NCBI GenBank assembly: GCA_025839675.1
Contig: CP104013.1
Coordinates: forward strand, 5,370,001-5,402,000
DNA from: Candidatus Lokiarchaeum ossiferum
Lineage (GTDB): Archaea; Asgardarchaeota; Lokiarchaeia; Sigyniarchaeales; Promethearchaeaceae
Reading direction: 5' to 3'
Length of the DNA: 32,000 nt
Positions 28,329 to 32,000 of the stretch are shown piece by piece. Each line of letters starts with the position of its first letter. The first letter of the stretch is position 1. Both the position numbers and the translations under genes were made by a program. The notes below the pieces were generated by a model. It was not told the origin of the DNA, did no database searches, and worked only from the letters and a program-made list of their open reading frames with translations.

Positions 28329-28928
28329 TTAGACTACCAATGCATACCACGCGATGTCAATTACTTTTTCTATTAAGGATGCTGTTATAAGCTGAATCTT
28401 TGCCACGTGAAGTTTTACAAGAGTGATTAGGGGGATAAAAGCAAAACTGATCAATATTGTGAGAGGTAAGGGTTTGAAAATTCCTCGTTCTTTCCCTTTT
28501 TGTATAAATTCCGTAATATATTCCCGTACTTGGAATTCTTTGGGATCTATTAGCTTCATCATTCCGGTTTGTTCAAATTGCTCCCTGTAATTAATGAATT
28601 CTGGATTATCAAGATAAAAGTTAATAGAGGATTTCCATAAGCAGCGAAATTGTTCTTCAAGGGATAAATTCATGGTGATTTTTCGGAGAATTTGGACCCC
28701 CATTTTTTTTTGAATATCACAATAGATCTTCACCAATAGGTCTTCTTTATTCTCAAAATAAATGTAAATGGTAGCGGGGGAGACATCCGCTCTTTTGGCT
28801 ATTTTTGAGATAGAAATACCGGAAAAACCATATTCGTGGGTAAGCCTAAGGGATTCCTTCACGATGGCATTATATTTATTTTCATCTCGAGTTCGCATTA
28901 AAATTCTATATAATGAATAAGCGCTCAT
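28329..28928 (-). CDS. TetR/AcrR-family transcriptional regulator
   Basis: N-terminal HTH is IVKESLRLTHEYGFSGISISKIAKRADVSPATIYIYFENKEDLL, followed by a helical C-terminal ligand domain. Confidence 0.85.
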   Translation of the reverse strand: MSAYSLYRILMRTRDENKYNAIVKESLRLTHEYGFSGISISKIAKRADVSPATIYIYFENKEDLLVKIYCDIQKKMGVQILRKITMNLSLEEQFRCLWKSSINFYLDNPEFINYREQFEQTGMMKLIDPKEFQVREYITEFIQKGKERGIFKPLPLTILISFAFIPLITLVKLHVAKIQLITASLIEKVIDIAWYALVV

Positions 28929-29093
28929 TTATTTAAATTTTTCTAAGTAAATTTTCCGTATTTAGGATGTCTTATGACGATAAAAATCTTGGTTCATTGA
29001 ATTTAATTGATTCATGATGGATAATTATAGAAAGTGAGTTGAAGATGCATGAAAGAATGAATTGGAAAGGAAAAACTTGAGTAAGTTACTTTT

Positions 29094-29113
29094 ATAAATG
29101 AATGTTCATTTAT
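29094..29113. promoter_or_regulatory. 20-bp palindrome, candidate TetR operator overlapping the MBL gene promoter
   Basis: ATAAATGAA-tg-TTCATTTAT has perfect 9-bp arms. It ends 8 nt before ATG 29121 and overlaps the TATA-like TTTATAAA (29091-98). More TGAAT/ATTCA half-sites lie upstream (29000-29065). Confidence 0.4.
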
Positions 29114-29120
29114 TTATATT

Positions 29121-29810
29121 ATGAGTGACGCTATCCAAGTGGAGAAATTATCCATAATCGAAATACCTTTTAAGGCTGTCAACTGTTATCTTCTTCGCTC
29201 TCCCCTCGGGTTTATCTTGATCGATACGGGGACGACTAAAAATCGTCACGAATTAGAAACTCAGTTAAACCGCCATGGAATTACCCCTCAAAACAAAACT
29301 CTTCTTTTAATCATTTTAACCCATGGAGATTTTGATCATTCCGGAAATGCAGCGTATCTTAAAACACGATATAATGTTCCCGTGGCACTTCATTATGCTG
29401 ACTTTGGAATGGTAGAGAAAGGGGATATCACATGGAATCGAAACATGAATCCGTTCCTGAAGGTGATCGCGAAAGGGCTGACGATGGTGTTAGGATTACG
29501 ATTGAAAAAACAAGATCGTTTTACTCCCGAAATTACGCTCTTAGAAGGTCAACAACTGACAGAATATGGAGTGGAGGGAGAAATCATAGAACTTCCAGGC
29601 CATTCCAAAGGTTCCATTGGAATTCTGTTGAAAAATCAGTCTTTAATCTGTGGAGATGTATTTCAAAATCGCAGCACACCTGAACTCGCAGATATGGTGG
29701 CCGATAAAACTGCAATAGAAGAAAGTGTGGCAAAAATACAGAAAAGAAATCCCAAAGTGGTATTTCCAGGTCACGGAAGTCGGTTCAATTGGGAAAATTT
29801 CAAGGGATAA
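29121..29810 (+). CDS. MBL-fold metallo-hydrolase
   Basis: ILTHGDFDHSGNA is an HxHxDH-region variant reading H-G-D-F-D-H. Later motifs are LPGHSKGS, CGDVF and FPGHG. Confidence 0.8.
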   Translation: MSDAIQVEKLSIIEIPFKAVNCYLLRSPLGFILIDTGTTKNRHELETQLNRHGITPQNKTLLLIILTHGDFDHSGNAAYLKTRYNVPVALHYADFGMVEKGDITWNRNMNPFLKVIAKGLTMVLGLRLKKQDRFTPEITLLEGQQLTEYGVEGEIIELPGHSKGSIGILLKNQSLICGDVFQNRSTPELADMVADKTAIEESVAKIQKRNPKVVFPGHGSRFNWENFKG

Positions 29811-29898
29811 ATGAGTATGCTCCTACAATTTTCATTTTTTTTTTATTAAAGTTCTTCTCCGAAACGAGAACAATAATTTCTCTCCCATGTTTCAGTGC

Positions 29899-30324
29899 TT
29901 AAAAAATAGATTTATAACGTTCGACACAATTAAGACCATTCTCAAAAAACAATTGATTTATTTTACAAGTCAATTCTTCAAATGCGTCTAAGTTACCGTC
30001 CCAATCTTCAATGAAATTTGGGGGGTATAAATTTTTAAATATTTGAACTATTTCGTGCATAGATTCTTTCATTGCTTTATTATTTTCTACTTTGATACCT
30101 TTACCTATGATTAAGAGGTTATATGCTTGTACATGCTTTAATAATATAATTTCATCCCCAAATTCGATGCAATTCAATTCCTTTTTAGATAAATTTTTCC
30201 CAAATTGATTAAGTGCACTAAAAAAACCTGCAAATAAATTTGGATCGCTATTTTGTTCTAGAGAGTAATTATAAATACATTTTCCCGAAGCATCAACTAT
30301 CCATATTTCTGAAATGTCCACCAT
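29899..30324 (-). CDS. hypothetical small protein; possible longin/roadblock-like alpha-beta fold
   Basis: 141 aa. The pattern IWIVDASGKCIYNYS / LFAGFFSALNQFGKNL / LNCIEFGDEIILLKHV / YNLLIIGKG / AMKESMHEIVQIF fits a beta-beta-alpha-beta-beta-beta-alpha layout. The fold assignment is by eye only. Confidence 0.5.
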   Translation of the reverse strand: MVDISEIWIVDASGKCIYNYSLEQNSDPNLFAGFFSALNQFGKNLSKKELNCIEFGDEIILLKHVQAYNLLIIGKGIKVENNKAMKESMHEIVQIFKNLYPPNFIEDWDGNLDAFEELTCKINQLFFENGLNCVERYKSIF

Positions 30325-30519
30325 TCTACATCAATGTTGCTCTTATATGAAATTCATTATCAAAATTAATGGATCTCTGAATAAATATTGTTCACTTGTA
30401 CCTTAAAATATTTCATGTTATTCCCGTGAATTTTACGAAATTAGGAATAATGTCTTAATCAGCAAAATTTACTAATTAGATTCTTAAAATTTAATTAGGA
30501 TTCATGCAAACTAATATTC

Positions 30520-31104
30520 ATGCCCTTTACACCTTTTCATTTTGGAATCGCCCTTCCATGTATCTTTTGGGATTGGAAAAAGAAACGGGTCGATGCAATT
30601 TCAGCATTAATAGGTACGGTTATTATTGATATTAGGGCAACGTATCTATTTCTTTTTGTTCCTTCAAACCGCCATTATCATGGCATTCTTCATAATTTTT
30701 TGGTAGCCTTGATTCTTGGGATTTTGGTTGGGCTTTTTGTTCACGCAACCCGTAAATTTTGGAATAAAATTCTCAAATTAGGGAAATGGGAACAAACCAC
30801 CTCTTTATTTTCTAAAATCCTTGTAGCCTGTATTTTTACTACAAGCCATATTCTTTTGGATTCTGCGATCTATTACTATGATCCAAATTGGGAATACTCA
30901 ATGGAACCTTTATTACCTTTTGCTTCTGGTAATCCTCTCTATGGGTGGTTGGGATCAGTACAACCGACAAATCTCTGTATTTATGGATTTTTAATTGGTA
31001 TTGGTATGTATATCGGGTATTTATTTTGGTTTAATGGCTCACAAAAGATGATATCAAAGGATGTTGATGAAATTTTGGATTCTTTTGAAGATGAAGCAAA
31101 TTGA
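30520..31104 (+). CDS. membrane protein, DUF4184-like putative metal-dependent hydrolase
   Basis: The N-terminal MPFTPFHFGIALP, HGILHNF and SHILLDS motifs in hydrophobic segments resemble that family as I recall it. Confidence 0.45.
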   Translation: MPFTPFHFGIALPCIFWDWKKKRVDAISALIGTVIIDIRATYLFLFVPSNRHYHGILHNFLVALILGILVGLFVHATRKFWNKILKLGKWEQTTSLFSKILVACIFTTSHILLDSAIYYYDPNWEYSMEPLLPFASGNPLYGWLGSVQPTNLCIYGFLIGIGMYIGYLFWFNGSQKMISKDVDEILDSFEDEAN

Positions 31105-31225
31105 ATCTTCAAGATCAACTTTTTTATCTTTATATTATACTTCAACTAATTCTGAAGGCTTAGTTTAAAGCGATGACAAGTCCCGAATCGAAAGGTATAA
31201 TAAAGGACTTCACTATGAATTAACT

Positions 31226-31951
31226 ATGTTTCATAATCCCGATATTCACAATACGGAAGCGCCAAAAAAAGAAGAGGTAAATAAAGTTTTGGGGGATAAT
31301 GGCGACAGAATCCGGTTATCCAGTCCAATTGGTCAAGAATTGTTTACATGTCTATTTTGCACATTTCTTATGGGGATTATTTTCAATATTTTGCGATATT
31401 TTCTTCTAGGGCTTATCAGTCTTATGGTCATTTATCAACTCCTTTCAAAAACACGAATCGACGGCCAAAAGGTGCTGCTATATATGATCCAACATTCGCT
31501 ATTTTCGCCGTTCCATAAGTATATTTTGAGTAAGCATTATTTCATTATTTCAAATGGTGTGGTAGTCCAAAAATCACTTTCCCAGTACCAAAAAGAAAAC
31601 CAACCATTTTTGGTGGCCTTCATAAAATATCTGGCGAATCATCCGAAATATTTGGACCAGTTTGGGAATACTGCGCAAAAGCTCATAGTAGCGGCCAAAA
31701 ACGAGAATTATACTATTACAAGAATAAATGCACTAATGGACTATTATAGTCTGACCACCGAAGAATTGATTGATCAATATATTACCACTAAGCAAATCCT
31801 TGATCATCTCCAGCAGCGAATATTTATAGAAGCTGATGTAACTGATCGAGAAAAGTTGTACCGAGAATTAAATGCATCAGATCCACTATTATTAGCCTTT
31901 GAAAAATATCATAATATTGAGCTTAAAAGTGGGCTTGATATTATGAAATAA
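31226..31951 (+). CDS. hypothetical protein with N-terminal transmembrane hairpin
   Basis: 241-aa ORF. Hydrophobic stretch is LFTCLFCTFLMGIIFNILRYFLLGLISLMVIY. No family recognised. Confidence 0.5.
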   Translation: MFHNPDIHNTEAPKKEEVNKVLGDNGDRIRLSSPIGQELFTCLFCTFLMGIIFNILRYFLLGLISLMVIYQLLSKTRIDGQKVLLYMIQHSLFSPFHKYILSKHYFIISNGVVVQKSLSQYQKENQPFLVAFIKYLANHPKYLDQFGNTAQKLIVAAKNENYTITRINALMDYYSLTTEELIDQYITTKQILDHLQQRIFIEADVTDREKLYRELNASDPLLLAFEKYHNIELKSGLDIMK

Positions 31952-32000
31952 ATGTGTTTCATTTGTAAAGAGGAATTATGGAGAAAAACGATCAAAAATA

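Noticed and set aside
30418-30450. 7-bp inverted repeat TTATTCC...GGAATAA in the 30325-30519 intergenic region
   Set aside because: The arms are short and the spacer is 19 nt, which is within chance expectation for AT-rich sequence.
31978-32000. ATG 31978 preceded by AGGAA, possibly the start of the next gene
   Set aside because: Only 7 codons are visible before the window ends, which is too little to support a call.

Overview
AT-rich prokaryotic window with archaeal-style organisation: tightly packed operons with ATGA/TGA-ATG overlaps, GGAGG/GGTGA ribosome-binding sites and TATA-like promoter boxes. My guess is an Asgard/Lokiarchaeota-like archaeon, which is inference only. Identifiable genes are a purL-purQ-purF operon plus purC, a MazG-like pyrophosphohydrolase, two alpha/beta hydrolases (one degenerate), a divergent MoxR/NorQ-type AAA+ ATPase and VWA/HExxH protein pair, a translationally coupled cofE-like/dihydropteroate-synthase pair, an ICMT-family methyltransferase, gyrB-gyrA, and a divergent TetR/MBL-hydrolase pair. 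I saw no rRNA, tRNA, CRISPR array or transposase. The most interesting locus is 16.8-20.1 kb. It holds a six-gene minus-strand operon: HdrA-domain-like protein, 2x[4Fe-4S] ferredoxin, DGC-GcvH fusion, two further DGC-domain paralogs, and an ArsR with an ELCVCDL motif. Across a 33-bp palindromic putative operator lies an unannotated 71-codon Cys-rich ORF with four in-frame TGA codons. A k-turn (AUGA/GA) SECIS-like hairpin follows in its 3' UTR. I interpret this ORF as a multi-selenocysteine GDCCVxC-type metal-binding protein, possibly working with the operon as a metal(loid)/redox-handling system. All functional calls rest on motif recognition by eye, with no database searches run.
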